Assembly: GCA_017467515.1 (NCBI GenBank)
Contig: JAFUSU010000028.1
Location: 41,735 to 105,734, forward strand
From: Alphaproteobacteria bacterium
GTDB lineage: Bacteria; Pseudomonadota; Alphaproteobacteria; RF32; CAG-239
Direction: 5' to 3'
Length of the DNA stretch: 64,000 nucleotides
The notes under the pieces are model-generated. The model saw only the letters and a list, made by a program, of their open reading frames with translations, was not told the origin of the DNA and made no database searches. Below, piece after piece: positions 18,985 to 29,478 of this stretch (position 1 is its first letter; each line of letters opens with the position of its first letter). A program made the translations under genes and the position numbers.

Positions 18985-20247
18985 ATGGAAGCACAAATAT
19001 CTACATTGCCAAACGGTTTGCGTGTTGTAACATCAAATCGCCCTCAAACGGAAACAGTTACTTTAGGAATTTGGGTTAAAACCGGTTCAGCTTGCGAAAG
19101 AGAAGAAATTAACGGTATCTCTCATTTCTTAGAACATATGGTTTTTAAGGGAACGGAAAAAAGAACAAGTTTACAAATTTCTGAAGAATTTGAAGATGTC
19201 GGCGGACAGTCTAATGCTTATACATCACGCGAATTTACGGCCTTTTATGCCAAAATGCTGAAAGATGATGCTGAACTGGCAATTGATATTTTGGCCGACA
19301 TTGTCTTAAATTCTAATTTTCCGGTAGAAGAATTGGAAAAAGAAAGAGAAGTGGTTGTTCAGGAGATTAAACAAACAATAGATACGCCTGATGATATTAT
19401 TTTTGACTATTTGCAGGAACAGGCTTTCCCGGGGCAGGCCGTTGGACGCAGTATTTTAGGACCGGCTGAAAAAGTTCGTTCTTATACCTCGGATACACTT
19501 TCAAACTATCGTAAAAATAATTATGCGGCAGAAAATACGATTGTTTGCGCTGTCGGTAATATCAACCACGAACAATTTGTTAAAATGGTAGAAAACCGTA
19601 TGGGGCAAATGCAACGTAAAACAAATTTCAGTGTTGAAAATCAAATTTATAAAGGCGGAACTTTCTGTGAAACGAGAGATATAGAGCAAGCCCATATGGT
19701 ACTTGGCTTTCAAGGAAAACCGTATTCTTGTGATAACTATTATCCGGCGATTGTATTTTCAACGATTCTCGGTGGCGGAATGTCTTCTCGTTTATTTCAG
19801 GAAATCAGAGAAAAGAGGGGTTTGGTCTATTCTGTTTACAGTTTTTCAAATTCTCATACACAAAGTGGTTTGTTTGGAATATATGCAGGTACAACGAGGG
19901 AAGAACTCAAACAATTAATGCCTGTTGTTTGCGATGAAATTAAGCGTATCCGTACGGATTTAGTGACGGAACAGGAATTGAAACGAGCAAAAACACAACT
20001 GAAAGCAAGTATGTTAATGGCATTGGAAAGCTCATCGGCAACGGTTGAGGTTTTAGCGCGGCAAATGCTTATTTTTAATCGCGTTATTCCTGTTGAAGAA
20101 ATGGTTGAAAAAATCGAACGCATAAATCGAGAAGATATCCGTAATGTGGCAAATCAAATTTTCTCCTCACAGCCGACTTATGCTCTAGTCGGAGATATAA
20201 AGGGATATCCGTCTTACGAAGATATTCAAAAACAAATAAAGGGCTAG
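18985..20247 (+). CDS. M16 family zinc peptidase
   Basis: HFLEHMVFKGT inverted zincin motif. Confidence 0.9.
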   Translation: MEAQISTLPNGLRVVTSNRPQTETVTLGIWVKTGSACEREEINGISHFLEHMVFKGTEKRTSLQISEEFEDVGGQSNAYTSREFTAFYAKMLKDDAELAIDILADIVLNSNFPVEELEKEREVVVQEIKQTIDTPDDIIFDYLQEQAFPGQAVGRSILGPAEKVRSYTSDTLSNYRKNNYAAENTIVCAVGNINHEQFVKMVENRMGQMQRKTNFSVENQIYKGGTFCETRDIEQAHMVLGFQGKPYSCDNYYPAIVFSTILGGGMSSRLFQEIREKRGLVYSVYSFSNSHTQSGLFGIYAGTTREELKQLMPVVCDEIKRIRTDLVTEQELKRAKTQLKASMLMALESSSATVEVLARQMLIFNRVIPVEEMVEKIERINREDIRNVANQIFSSQPTYALVGDIKGYPSYEDIQKQIKG

Positions 20248-20249
20248 AA

Positions 20250-21167
20250 ATGGATGTCTATTTGGTTCAACCGAGAGGATTTTGTGCCGGCGTTCGCCGT
20301 GCTTTAGATGTTGTTCAGAAAGCATTGGCGGAATATGGCGCGCCGGTATATGTGCGTCATGAAATTGTACATAATAAGCATATCATTGAGGATTTGAAGA
20401 ACCAAGGTGTTATTTTTATAGAAGATTTAAAAGAAGTTATTGATAAAACGCGTCCGATTATTCTTTCGGCGCATGGTGCTGCTCGACAAGTTTACCAAGA
20501 AGCTCAACAAAAACAATTTATACTCATAGATGCAACCTGCCCGTTAGTTAAGGCTGTTCACCACCATATTAAAAAATTAGAACAAAACGGAGATGATATT
20601 ATTGTGATTGGCAAGGCAGGTCATCCTGAAATTTTAGGAACAATCGGTCAATTAGAATATCCGGAACACGCAAAACTTGTCGGTAAAAAATCAGATGTTG
20701 AAAATTTAAAAATAGATATGAATAAATCTATAGGTATTGTCACGCAAACAACCCTTTCAACAGATGAAACACAGGAGATTGTAGAAGTCCTTAAACAAAA
20801 ATTTAAAAATCTGAAAAATGCAGAGCATCCGAATATTTGTTTTGCTACGACGAACAGACAAAATGCCATACGTGAGTTGGTAAAGAAAACAAGTAATATT
20901 TTGGTTATCGGTTCAAAAAATTCTTCCAATTCGAGGCACTTAAAAGAAGCGGCTCTGCGTTGTGGAGCAGAGCAAGCTTGGCTGATTGATGATGCTTCGG
21001 AAGTAGTGTGGCAAAAATTGGATAACTGCCATTCAATCGGAATCACCGCCGGTGCATCAGCTCCGGAATATCTGGTAAAAGGGGTTCTCAGCGCTTTACG
21101 ACAACGTTATGGTAATATTAATATTTATGATGTTATCATAGCAGAAGAGAAGATTAGTTTTAAATAA
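20250..21167 (+). CDS. ispH: 4-hydroxy-3-methylbut-2-enyl diphosphate reductase
   Basis: The PRGFCAGVRRA start and conserved Cys/His pattern match LytB/IspH. Confidence 0.9.
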   Translation: MDVYLVQPRGFCAGVRRALDVVQKALAEYGAPVYVRHEIVHNKHIIEDLKNQGVIFIEDLKEVIDKTRPIILSAHGAARQVYQEAQQKQFILIDATCPLVKAVHHHIKKLEQNGDDIIVIGKAGHPEILGTIGQLEYPEHAKLVGKKSDVENLKIDMNKSIGIVTQTTLSTDETQEIVEVLKQKFKNLKNAEHPNICFATTNRQNAIRELVKKTSNILVIGSKNSSNSRHLKEAALRCGAEQAWLIDDASEVVWQKLDNCHSIGITAGASAPEYLVKGVLSALRQRYGNINIYDVIIAEEKISFK

Positions 21168-21177
21168 GGAAAAGCCA

Positions 21178-22239
21178 ATGTCTCGTGCTGAAGATATATT
21201 TCAAAAGTTGGTTTATTTCGGAGAAGACGCAATTGATGAATTTATTGTCAATATGCAAACTGAAGAACTGTTTTTAGATTTTAAACAAGCCATTTCTATT
21301 GGTAAAAACGGGGCAACCTTGCATAAAGACGATCGTAAAAATTTAGCCAAATGTATCTCCGGTTTCGGTAATTCAGAAGGTGGTGTCGTTGTTTGGGGCG
21401 TTGAATGTTCTCGTGATTTAGATATCGGTGATGTTGCTAAAGCCAAAGTTAAAGTAAAAAATGTGTATCGTTTTTTAAGCTGGTTGGAAAATGCCATTTC
21501 CGGCTGTACGATTCCAAGTCATAATAAAGTCCGCAATCATATCATAAGTGTTGATAAAAACGGAGACGGCTTTATTGCAACATATATTCCAAAATCAGAG
21601 CAAGCGCCATTGATGTCAACCGTAGGAAATAATATTTATATTCGTTCCGGCTCAAATAATGTACCTGCGCCGTATTCTGTTATTGCCGGAATGTTCGGGC
21701 GTCGACCGCAACCGAATGTCGATTTATTGATTGAGGATAAATCTCTGGAAATTGTTGATAATACGGATGAAGATATTTTATATCCGCAAAGTATTGATAA
21801 TCCACCTGAAAAATCAATTAAAATAAGCTTTTCAATTAAAGGAAAAAACAGCAGCAATGTGATAGCCAGAGAACTGTATTTATCATGTGATGTTTCATCA
21901 ACCGGTAGTGAATATAACAAAGTTCGTTTCTTAAATTACAATCAAATGGATTCTATTCCGAATTTAGACGGTAATCTGAATATTATCACGCGTCCGGAAT
22001 TAAGATTACCCCCCTTGGGAAGCTTGAAATTTACTAATGTTGATATTATTCTGTCACCATTGGTTGATGAAGATTTCTTGATTGATGGTGTTATTGGGGC
22101 AGATGGCGCAGCTCCGAAAAATTTCAGAATATACATTCCTAAAAATAAATTGAGATCATACGCAGCGCGAGCCATCAGAGAAGATGAAAATAAACAAATG
22201 CTTTTGGCCGAGTTCTTTAATGAGTATATGGTAGGATAA
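21178..22239 (+). CDS. Schlafen/AlbA_2-domain protein with unknown C-terminal half
   Basis: EELFLDFKQ...[20 protein letters not shown] matches the AlbA_2 (divergent AAA/Schlafen-like) pattern. Its stop overlaps the rnhA start (TAATG). Confidence 0.6.
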   Translation: MSRAEDIFQKLVYFGEDAIDEFIVNMQTEELFLDFKQAISIGKNGATLHKDDRKNLAKCISGFGNSEGGVVVWGVECSRDLDIGDVAKAKVKVKNVYRFLSWLENAISGCTIPSHNKVRNHIISVDKNGDGFIATYIPKSEQAPLMSTVGNNIYIRSGSNNVPAPYSVIAGMFGRRPQPNVDLLIEDKSLEIVDNTDEDILYPQSIDNPPEKSIKISFSIKGKNSSNVIARELYLSCDVSSTGSEYNKVRFLNYNQMDSIPNLDGNLNIITRPELRLPPLGSLKFTNVDIILSPLVDEDFLIDGVIGADGAAPKNFRIYIPKNKLRSYAARAIREDENKQMLLAEFFNEYMVG

Positions 22240-22697
22240 TGGCAAGAATAGAAATATTTACAGACGGTGCATGTTCCGGTAACCCCGGTCCAGGAGGTTG
22301 GGGGGCAATCCTGCGCTGGAAAGATACGGAAAAAGAGTTATCGGGAGGCGAACCAGAAACAACCAATAACAGAATGGAGTTAACGGCCGTTATAGAGGCA
22401 CTGAAGGCCTTAAAAGTTCATTGCGTTGTTTCTCTTTATACAGATAGTAAATATGTTATGGATGGGGTAACCCAATGGTTGCCGAATTGGAAAAAAAATA
22501 ATTGGCATACGGCTAATAAAAAGTCGGAAGTTAAGAATGTTGATTTATGGCAACAATTGGATGAACTTTTGCCTCAGCACGAAATTTTATGGAATTGGGT
22601 TAAAGGTCATAACGGACATCCTGAAAATGAGAGAGTTGACAAGTTAGCCAGAGAGCAGGCTGTTGCTTATTCGGAAATAAAAAAAGAGGCGGATTAA
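22239..22697 (+). CDS. rnhA: Ribonuclease HI
   Basis: [21 protein letters not shown] and YTDS motifs. Confidence 0.9.
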   Translation: MARIEIFTDGACSGNPGPGGWGAILRWKDTEKELSGGEPETTNNRMELTAVIEALKALKVHCVVSLYTDSKYVMDGVTQWLPNWKKNNWHTANKKSEVKNVDLWQQLDELLPQHEILWNWVKGHNGHPENERVDKLAREQAVAYSEIKKEAD

Positions 22698-23467
22698 TCG
22701 TCTCTTTTTTTATTAGATTTAGAGTTCATAAACTCTGAGATTTTTTCATCACTGATACAGATAGGAATCAGCTTTGAGGTGTGCTTAAGAATCTGAGATT
22801 CTCCGAGATTTGAAACCGTGATTTTTTTAGAAAGATCTTGTTTGTACAATTTATTGAGAATTTCCATTTCTTCAAGGCACCAATCGACAAAGAAAGGTAA
22901 ATCTGATGGAAGATTCGCATAATTTTCAAAACAGTGAAGCAAAATACTCTTTTGCTTATGTTTATTTTGTGCAAAATGTGATCTCATTGCTTTAACGGCA
23001 AAAATCAAACTGTTCTCAATTTTAAGACGAGAAATCATCCGAGGAAAATCATTGCAATAAGATGAGAGAAGGAGTTGTTCTCGAAATTTAAACACATCAT
23101 TTTCTTGGTGTGCCAAATTCCATAGGAGAATATCCGCTCTTTCATCAAAATACCGAACAGAGAGTTCTATCTCCGCATCAGTATTGGAATAAGTTTCAAA
23201 GAAACGCTCCCACTCCGGAAATTTTTTTTCCGACTGCCAATAAAGAAGGGCGCCGTTAAGCCTCATTTCCAAGACAATATTTGTTCCGTAGATGTAAGTA
23301 ACATTCAACCTTGCCGGTCGAAATCTTAATCTCAAATTCGATGGAAAGTCAGGAGACGCATCAGATTTTGGTACTCTGAATGACCGTCCTTTTTCATCTT
23401 TTAGCACAAAATCTTCCATATCTTTCTGGATATGGTTGATTTTAAATTTTCTTAGCATTGTTCTCAT
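22694..23467 (-). CDS. Hypothetical protein (257 aa)
   Basis: It is a long ORF convergent with rnhA (4-nt overlap). No domain was recognised. Confidence 0.5.
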   Translation of the reverse strand: MRTMLRKFKINHIQKDMEDFVLKDEKGRSFRVPKSDASPDFPSNLRLRFRPARLNVTYIYGTNIVLEMRLNGALLYWQSEKKFPEWERFFETYSNTDAEIELSVRYFDERADILLWNLAHQENDVFKFREQLLLSSYCNDFPRMISRLKIENSLIFAVKAMRSHFAQNKHKQKSILLHCFENYANLPSDLPFFVDWCLEEMEILNKLYKQDLSKKITVSNLGESQILKHTSKLIPICISDEKISEFMNSKSNKKRDD

Positions 23468-23597
23468 AATTTTATAATAATTTTTCTGTTTATTTTTTTA
23501 TATCAATCACCAAAAACGATGTCAAGTTCTTGCAAGAAATATTGACATTATTTCTTCACAAAAAAAGGAGGTATAACGCCTCCTTTTTTATAAGAGT

Positions 23598-24374
23598 TTA
23601 TTTATTATACTCAGCTCTTTCTTTTAGGAAAATAATGATTCCCACAGGAATAGAGCAGGCATAAAGAAACGTTGAAATGCCCAATGTTAACCAAGGCTGA
23701 CTGATGACGAAACTGGCAAACAGAACCACAATCATCATCATTGGTAACAGCATATAACTCGGAACGCGCATCTTTTTGGTGGAAATGGTTGGAATTCTGC
23801 TGACCATTAATAAGGTAACAATAACCATTAAAATACCACAGAGAATATTAGAGCGAAGGAAATCCAACTCAGGAAATTCAAATGTGAGTAGAATAGGCAT
23901 TATACCCAGAGCAGCGGCTGCCGGAGCAGGAACACCGACAAAAAAGTGATGCCAATATTCCGGCTGCGGTTCTTCTTCAAGCATTGTATTGAAACGAGCC
24001 AAACGCATAGCCATTCCGATTGAAAACATTAAACAGAAAAACCAACCGAAACGGGGCAAATCGTACAGTGTCCAATGATACATTAAAATCGCCGGAGCAA
24101 CCCCAAAGCTGACAAAATCAGATAAAGAGTCCAGTTCGGCACCGAATTTACTTGAGCCTTTGAGCATACGGGCAACACGACCGTCTAAGCCATCAAAGAA
24201 TGCGGCTAAAAAAATACAAATGACAGCTTTTACCCAATCTTCCTGCATCGTGTAACGAATAGAGGTAACACCGGAACACAAGGCTAAAGCGGTCACCATA
24301 TTCGGCGCTAATTTACGAAAAGGTAAAGCTGTTAATTTAGGTTTTACCAAAGCAATTTTTTTAATTTTTTCCAT
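23598..24374 (-). CDS. pssA: CDP-diacylglycerol-serine O-phosphatidyltransferase
   Basis: It has the CDP-alcohol phosphatidyltransferase motif DGLDGRVAR...G...D...D and is polytopic. Confidence 0.85.
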   Translation of the reverse strand: MEKIKKIALVKPKLTALPFRKLAPNMVTALALCSGVTSIRYTMQEDWVKAVICIFLAAFFDGLDGRVARMLKGSSKFGAELDSLSDFVSFGVAPAILMYHWTLYDLPRFGWFFCLMFSIGMAMRLARFNTMLEEEPQPEYWHHFFVGVPAPAAAALGIMPILLTFEFPELDFLRSNILCGILMVIVTLLMVSRIPTISTKKMRVPSYMLLPMMMIVVLFASFVISQPWLTLGISTFLYACSIPVGIIIFLKERAEYNK

Positions 24375-25087
24375 TAGCGAATCTCCCCTTTCATTTGTGG
24401 ATCATCACTTGCAAGGTTAGCAATAATTGTTTCGCCGGCAATCATTGTTTGTCCTAAGCAAACTTGAGGTTCGATACCTTCCGGTAAATAAACATCTAAA
24501 CGAGAGCCGAAACGAATCATTCCAAACCGTTCGCCGGCTTTATATTCCTGACCTTCTGATGCTTCGCAAATAATACGACGGGCAACTAAACCGGCAATCT
24601 GAACAACAGCAATTTCTTTACCGCTTTTAGATTTAACCGCTAAAAGTTGGCGTTCATTGTCTTTGCTGGCCTTATCAAGAGTCGCATTGAAAAATTTGCC
24701 GGGGACATAAACGGATTTTGTAATTTTTCCTTCAATCGGGCAGCGATTAACGTGAACATTAAATACACTCATAAAGACGCTGACGCGTGTGAATTTTTTA
24801 TCGCCTAAACCGAGTTCTTCAGGTGCCTTAACTTTTGTGATCATCTGTACAATACCGTCTGCCGGAGAAACGACAACATCACTGATGGAGGGCGTGATAC
24901 GTTCAGGATCTCTAAAGAAATAAAAGCACCAGATTGTTGCAATAATGCCAATCCAGCCCAAGGGTTCCCAAATCATTGCCAATAACGCAGTTATTGCAGC
25001 AAAGATACCGACAAACTTCCAACCTTCCTGATGGATATTTGGAAGAATGTAGCGGCGCCAAGAAATTTCAATTGTTTTCATTTTCAT
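24374..25087 (-). CDS. psd: Phosphatidylserine decarboxylase proenzyme
   Basis: It is Psd family with the FGSR self-cleavage region near the C-terminus, and it is coupled to pssA. Confidence 0.85.
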   Translation of the reverse strand: MKMKTIEISWRRYILPNIHQEGWKFVGIFAAITALLAMIWEPLGWIGIIATIWCFYFFRDPERITPSISDVVVSPADGIVQMITKVKAPEELGLGDKKFTRVSVFMSVFNVHVNRCPIEGKITKSVYVPGKFFNATLDKASKDNERQLLAVKSKSGKEIAVVQIAGLVARRIICEASEGQEYKAGERFGMIRFGSRLDVYLPEGIEPQVCLGQTMIAGETIIANLASDDPQMKGEIR

Positions 25088-25276
25088 TCCTTTATAATAG
25101 GGCGCAACGCATTTACCGTGACGCTGTCAACTGCCGTAAATACTGTTGCAATTGTTAAAACCAAGTCCAGATAAGCATATTTTATAAAAAAAAACAAGTT
25201 TTATATCGAAAAAGTCCCAGATGTGATTTTTTTTGTTGCATTTAAAAAAGAAAGTATGTATAAACATCTTTGTTAA

Positions 25277-25363
25277 GCGCTTGTGGCGGAATTGGTAGAC
25301 GCTGCAGACTTAAAATCTGTTGTCCGCAAGGACGTGCCAGTTCAAGTCTGGCCTAGCGCACCA
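25277..25363 (+). tRNA. tRNA-Leu (anticodon UAA), long variable arm, CCA encoded
   Basis: Hand-folded: D arm GCGG/CGC, anticodon loop CTTAAAA, variable arm TGTCCGCAAGGACGT, T arm GCCAG/CTGGC. There is one T-T mismatch in the acceptor stem. Confidence 0.85.
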
Positions 25364-25464
25364 TAAAAAAACTCCCCTTTCACGGGGAGTTTTTTTATGG
25401 TATGACGATAGACACAGACTTGAACTGGCAGAGGTGCCGGTCCACCCGAGTTTTCAGGCGGGCG
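25356..25464 (+). repeat. 109-bp direct repeat, copy 1 (starts with the last 8 nt of tRNA-Leu and includes a 17-bp-stem terminator)
   Basis: It is identical to 25567-25675 except for one base. It contains CCATAAAAAAACTCCCC/GGGGAGTTTTTTTATGG and an inverted copy of the tRNA-Leu T-arm (CAGACTTGAACTGGCA). Confidence 0.85.
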
Positions 25465-25566
25465 AGAGAACGCCGGTAGGCAAAGCCTGGAAAACGAAGG
25501 GCGACAACGAGCAATAAGGATTGCGAGTTGCCAATCTGGCCACGGGTTGCGAAGCAAACCGAAGAA

Positions 25567-25675
25567 GCGCACCATAAAAAAACTCCCCTTTCACGGGGAG
25601 TTTTTTTATGGTATGACGATAGACACAGACTTGAACTGGCAGAGGTGCCAGTCCACCCGAGTTTTCAGGCGGGCG
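25567..25675 (+). repeat. 109-bp direct repeat, copy 2
   Basis: See copy 1. The period is 211 bp. Confidence 0.85.
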
Positions 25676-25756
25676 GAGAAAACTATTGCAAACAAAATTA
25701 ACTCAAGTAAAATACCATCATAAAAATTAATATAAACGACTTTAAGGAGACAATCT

Positions 25757-26299
25757 ATGAAATATAAATGTTTGGTATGCGGACAAATCTTTGATGTGCC
25801 TGAAGGGCAAGAACCGCAGTGTCCTGTTTGCAAGGTTAAAGGTGATAAACTAGTTCCATACAAAGAAGAAGCTCTTGTTTGGCCGGCAGAACACGTTATC
25901 GGTATTGCAAAAGGAGTTGATGCCGAAATTTTAGAAGGCCTGCGCAATCACTTTAACGGAGAATGCTCTGAAGTAGGAATGTATTTAGCAATGGCACGTC
26001 AAGCAATGAGAGAAGGATATGCAGAAATTGCCGTTGTTTTAGAACAAATCGCTAAAGAAGAAGCAGAACACGCTTCTCGTTTCGGAGAAATGTTAGGCGA
26101 GTTGGTATCTGCCTCAACCAAAGAAAATCTTGAAAAAATGCTGGCCGGAGAGAATGGTGCTTGCCACGGCAAAATGGCTATTGCGAAAAAGGCAAAAGAA
26201 TTGAACTTGGATGCAATTCACGATACGGTTCACGAAATGGCCAGAGATGAAGCTCGCCACGGCAAGGCTTTAGAAGGTTTACTGAAAAGATATTTCTAA
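25757..26299 (+). CDS. Reverse rubrerythrin (N-terminal rubredoxin-like CxxC pairs plus a ferritin-like domain)
   Basis: CLVCGQ...CPVC is followed by EExH di-iron motifs ([17 protein letters not shown]). Confidence 0.85.
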   Translation: MKYKCLVCGQIFDVPEGQEPQCPVCKVKGDKLVPYKEEALVWPAEHVIGIAKGVDAEILEGLRNHFNGECSEVGMYLAMARQAMREGYAEIAVVLEQIAKEEAEHASRFGEMLGELVSASTKENLEKMLAGENGACHGKMAIAKKAKELNLDAIHDTVHEMARDEARHGKALEGLLKRYF

Positions 26300-26409
26300 A
26301 ACTTACTATCTTAAAACAGGCGTCTCTTTATGAGGCGCTTTTTTTTGTTGACAAAAAAGGCATAGTCTATAAGATAAAGACACTTGATTATTCATTAATA
26401 CTAATAATT

Positions 26410-26760
26410 ATGATTTGCTTAAAAGAAAAAGAACCATCCCGAAAGAGGAAGGTTAAAAACGCACTTGCGAAGTGCTTGGTACGGAATTTTCGCTTACGAG
26501 GCGAAAAAGTATGGAAACGTCTTAATGCTCAGCTTCCTGCTCCTGTCGGTTCTCATACAACTGATGAGCCACGCGTGAAACAATTTGAGGAACTGGTCAA
26601 AAAGCTGTCGTTTACTGACCACTACGCCCTTAAAAGGTGGTTGAAATTTGCATATAATGAGATGGATAACAGCTGTTACGGGAATGTGACAGGCAGCATC
26701 GAAAGACATTGCACCAAATGGACACAGATTTATTCTGAGCATTATAATGTTATGGAATAA
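26410..26760 (+). CDS. Basic hypothetical protein (116 aa)
   Basis: The ORF is bounded by a strong terminator. No homology was recognised. Confidence 0.4.
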   Translation: MICLKEKEPSRKRKVKNALAKCLVRNFRLRGEKVWKRLNAQLPAPVGSHTTDEPRVKQFEELVKKLSFTDHYALKRWLKFAYNEMDNSCYGNVTGSIERHCTKWTQIYSEHYNVME

Positions 26761-26790
26761 AAAAAGCTCCTCATTTGAGGAGCTTTTTTT
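26761..26790. terminator. Bidirectional terminator between the 26410 ORF and ftsZ
   Basis: Stem AGCTCCTC attt GAGGAGCT is flanked by A5 and T7. Confidence 0.8.
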
Positions 26791-26805
26791 GGGAGACATA
26801 ATGAT

Positions 26806-28527
26806 TTACTTACGACGCAAAAAAGAAGGAATTTCCAAATTCAACTTATCATCCTCAAACTCATTATCGAAATGAGGTTGTTCTGCAGCGGCTCTGGCTG
26901 CTTCTTCCTTTTCGGCTTTTTTGCGATATCGTTTAGCAATAGAAATACCTGTTACCCGTTCAATTAAAGTCGGGGTGTATTCAGGTGTCTTGTTAACAAT
27001 CAACTGTTCCGGCTCTTCAGTGCGTCGAGGAGCAAAAACGGAAGGATGCGGATTGTGATTAGGGAATAATTCCGGCTCTTCTTCTGTAACAACGGAAGTT
27101 TTAGCCGTAAAAGTATTTGTATTTGCAGATAAAATCTCTTGCATTTGCGTATCGAGATTAATATCTTCATTTTTGCTAATAATAGTTTGGAACAAAGATG
27201 GTGCTTGAGGCATTTCTGGAAGAATTGTCGAGTTTTCAAAATCTTTAAGCTCGGTAAATTGCTCATCACCGGCAACAGCCTGTATCTGAGGCTGTACTTC
27301 TTCCTGTATTGGCTCAGGAAGAACTTCTTGTTCCATATCTTCCGGTTCATCGTTTTCAAAAACATCTTCATGAGATTTTTCAACCGGATTCTCAATCTCA
27401 TTGCTTTCATCTAAGGAAGCAAGAGGTTCGATAGTTTCAAGCTCAGCTGCAACGCTCAATGGTTGCGCTTCCGGATTTTCTGATTCCGGAGTAAAACTTT
27501 CCTCGATGTAATTAACATCTGTTTTCTTTTCAGGAGCTTTGACTGCGGGGCAAACACCGCCGCCAATGCCTGTTGCTACAATAGAAACACGAATTTTTCC
27601 GGCTAGGCTTTCATCAAAGCTTGAACCGAAAATAATATTAGCATCATCATCAACTTCTTCTTTAATGCGGCTGGCGGCTTCGTCAATTTCAAACAAGGTG
27701 ATGTCAGAACCGCCTGTAATATTAATCAAAACGCCTTTTGCACCGTGCATAGAACAATCATCCAGTAATGGATTTGATAAAGCTTGTTCAGCGGCTTTAA
27801 CGGCGCGATTTTCGCCTTCAGCCTCGCCGGTTCCCATAATTGCTTTACCTTTATCTTCCATAATACTCTTAATATCAGCAAAGTCTAAGTTAATTAAACC
27901 CGGCATCAACATTAAATCGGTAATAGAACGAACGCCGGCATATAACACATTGTCAGCCATAATAAAGGCATCGGCCAAGGTTGTTTTTTTATCGGCAACA
28001 CGGAATAAATTTTGGTTAGGAATGATAATGATACTATCAACGGAGTTTGTAAAATCTTCAACAGCGAAGTTAGCTGTTTCCATACGTTTTTTACCTTCAA
28101 ATTGGAACGGCTTGGTTACGACACCGACTGTTAAAATTCCTTTTGATTTAGCGATTCTGGCAACAACAGGAGCAGCACCGGAACCTGTTCCGCCGCCCAT
28201 ACCTGCAGTAATAAAGACCATATTGGCGCCTTCCAATTCTTTTTCAATTTCTGCGGTAGCTTCCTCTGCGGCAGCGCGACCGACTTCAGGACGAGCCCCG
28301 GCACCTAATCCTTGAGTGGTTTCTAAACCTAATTGGATTCGTCGTGAGGCTTTGGAATTAGTCAGAGCCTGAGCATCTGTATTGGCAACAATAAAATCAA
28401 CGCCTTCGAGGTTTTGATCAATCATATTATTAACGGCATTCCCGCCGCCGCCCCCGACACCGATAACAGAAATTCTTGGTTTCAGGTGCATTACATTACT
28501 TTCTGGAATGGCTAATTTAATTGACAT
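26806..28527 (-). CDS. ftsZ: Cell division protein FtsZ with long acidic linker
   Basis: [13 protein letters not shown], the GGGTGSG tubulin signature and the C-terminal [10 protein letters not shown] peptide. Confidence 0.95.
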   Translation of the reverse strand: MSIKLAIPESNVMHLKPRISVIGVGGGGGNAVNNMIDQNLEGVDFIVANTDAQALTNSKASRRIQLGLETTQGLGAGARPEVGRAAAEEATAEIEKELEGANMVFITAGMGGGTGSGAAPVVARIAKSKGILTVGVVTKPFQFEGKKRMETANFAVEDFTNSVDSIIIIPNQNLFRVADKKTTLADAFIMADNVLYAGVRSITDLMLMPGLINLDFADIKSIMEDKGKAIMGTGEAEGENRAVKAAEQALSNPLLDDCSMHGAKGVLINITGGSDITLFEIDEAASRIKEEVDDDANIIFGSSFDESLAGKIRVSIVATGIGGGVCPAVKAPEKKTDVNYIEESFTPESENPEAQPLSVAAELETIEPLASLDESNEIENPVEKSHEDVFENDEPEDMEQEVLPEPIQEEVQPQIQAVAGDEQFTELKDFENSTILPEMPQAPSLFQTIISKNEDINLDTQMQEILSANTNTFTAKTSVVTEEEPELFPNHNPHPSVFAPRRTEEPEQLIVNKTPEYTPTLIERVTGISIAKRYRKKAEKEEAARAAAEQPHFDNEFEDDKLNLEIPSFLRRK

Positions 28528-28671
28528 AGGACAAATTCTCCGTACATTTTTTATCTCATTAATTCCAGCATAGAAAAAATAGATTAAGGTTTAGTTACTA
28601 AGAGAAAAAAAGAATCAAAAAAAACTCCGATAAGAATATATCGGAGTTTTTTTGAGGATTCTTTCTATCTC

Positions 28672-29403
28672 TTATCTTCTGTCCCCCAGTAAATTTAAGA
28701 GAGAAATAAAGACATTAATAAAATCCATATATAAAGCTAAAGCGCCTGAAACAGCTTTACGAGAAGATGAATCATTTGAATCTGTTTCAGAATAAATACG
28801 ACGAATGGTTTGGGTGTCATAAGCTGTCAAACCGGTAAAGGCAATAACGCTTAAAATAGAGAGAGCATAGAATAAACCGCTGCTTTGCAAGAATATGTTG
28901 ACCAACATTGCGATAATAATGCCCCATACGCCCATTATTAAAAAAGATCCCATAGCCGTTAAATCACGTCGAGTTGTATATCCGTATAAACTCATTGCGC
29001 CAAACATTGCCGCCGTAATTAAGAAAATGCGGGTGACACTCTCACCGGTGTAAGCCATTAAAGTTGGTGTGACGGCAATTCCCATAATGGCGGCAAAGCC
29101 CCAGAAAGTGGCTTGAACTTGTTTTAATGAGCCGTGACTGATAACCCATCCGAAAGCAAAAACCATAATCAGTGGAGCAAAAAGGACAAGCCAGCCAAGA
29201 GCTGATAAACTAACGGCACCGGTCGGGGCAACGGTAAAAAATAAAGACAAAGCCGTCGGGCTGTTCATAATTAAAAAAGAAGCCAAAGCCGTAATGCAAA
29301 GGCCGCCGGCCATATAGTTATAAACACGCATCATATATTGACGCAGCCCCTCATCCACATAAACTTGTGCAGAGGTTTGAGAAATTTCTCTATTCGTATT
29401 CAT
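28672..29403 (-). CDS. BAX inhibitor-1/YccA family membrane protein
   Basis: It has a seven-TM pattern, and its N-terminal (LRQYMMRVYNYM) and C-terminal (ALALYMDFINVFISLL) segments are typical of BI-1-like proteins. Confidence 0.85.
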   Translation of the reverse strand: MNTNREISQTSAQVYVDEGLRQYMMRVYNYMAGGLCITALASFLIMNSPTALSLFFTVAPTGAVSLSALGWLVLFAPLIMVFAFGWVISHGSLKQVQATFWGFAAIMGIAVTPTLMAYTGESVTRIFLITAAMFGAMSLYGYTTRRDLTAMGSFLIMGVWGIIIAMLVNIFLQSSGLFYALSILSVIAFTGLTAYDTQTIRRIYSETDSNDSSSRKAVSGALALYMDFINVFISLLNLLGDRR

Positions 29404-29478
29404 TCAAGTATCTCCTTGATAATAAAAGGTTCAATAATAAATATAAGGTGCCAAAATCCTAAAATCAAGCAAAGCAAA

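Noticed and set aside
25320-25947. ORFs of 65-113 aa overlapping the tRNA-Leu repeat region.
   Set aside because: They are built from the duplicated terminator/repeat units and the tRNA itself. Their reading frames are repeat artefacts.
27539-28315. A 258-aa ORF antisense to ftsZ.
   Set aside because: It lies wholly inside the well-supported ftsZ CDS. Its Ala/Pro/Ser-rich low-complexity translation is typical of an antisense frame of a Gly/Ala-rich gene, and it has no RBS or homology.
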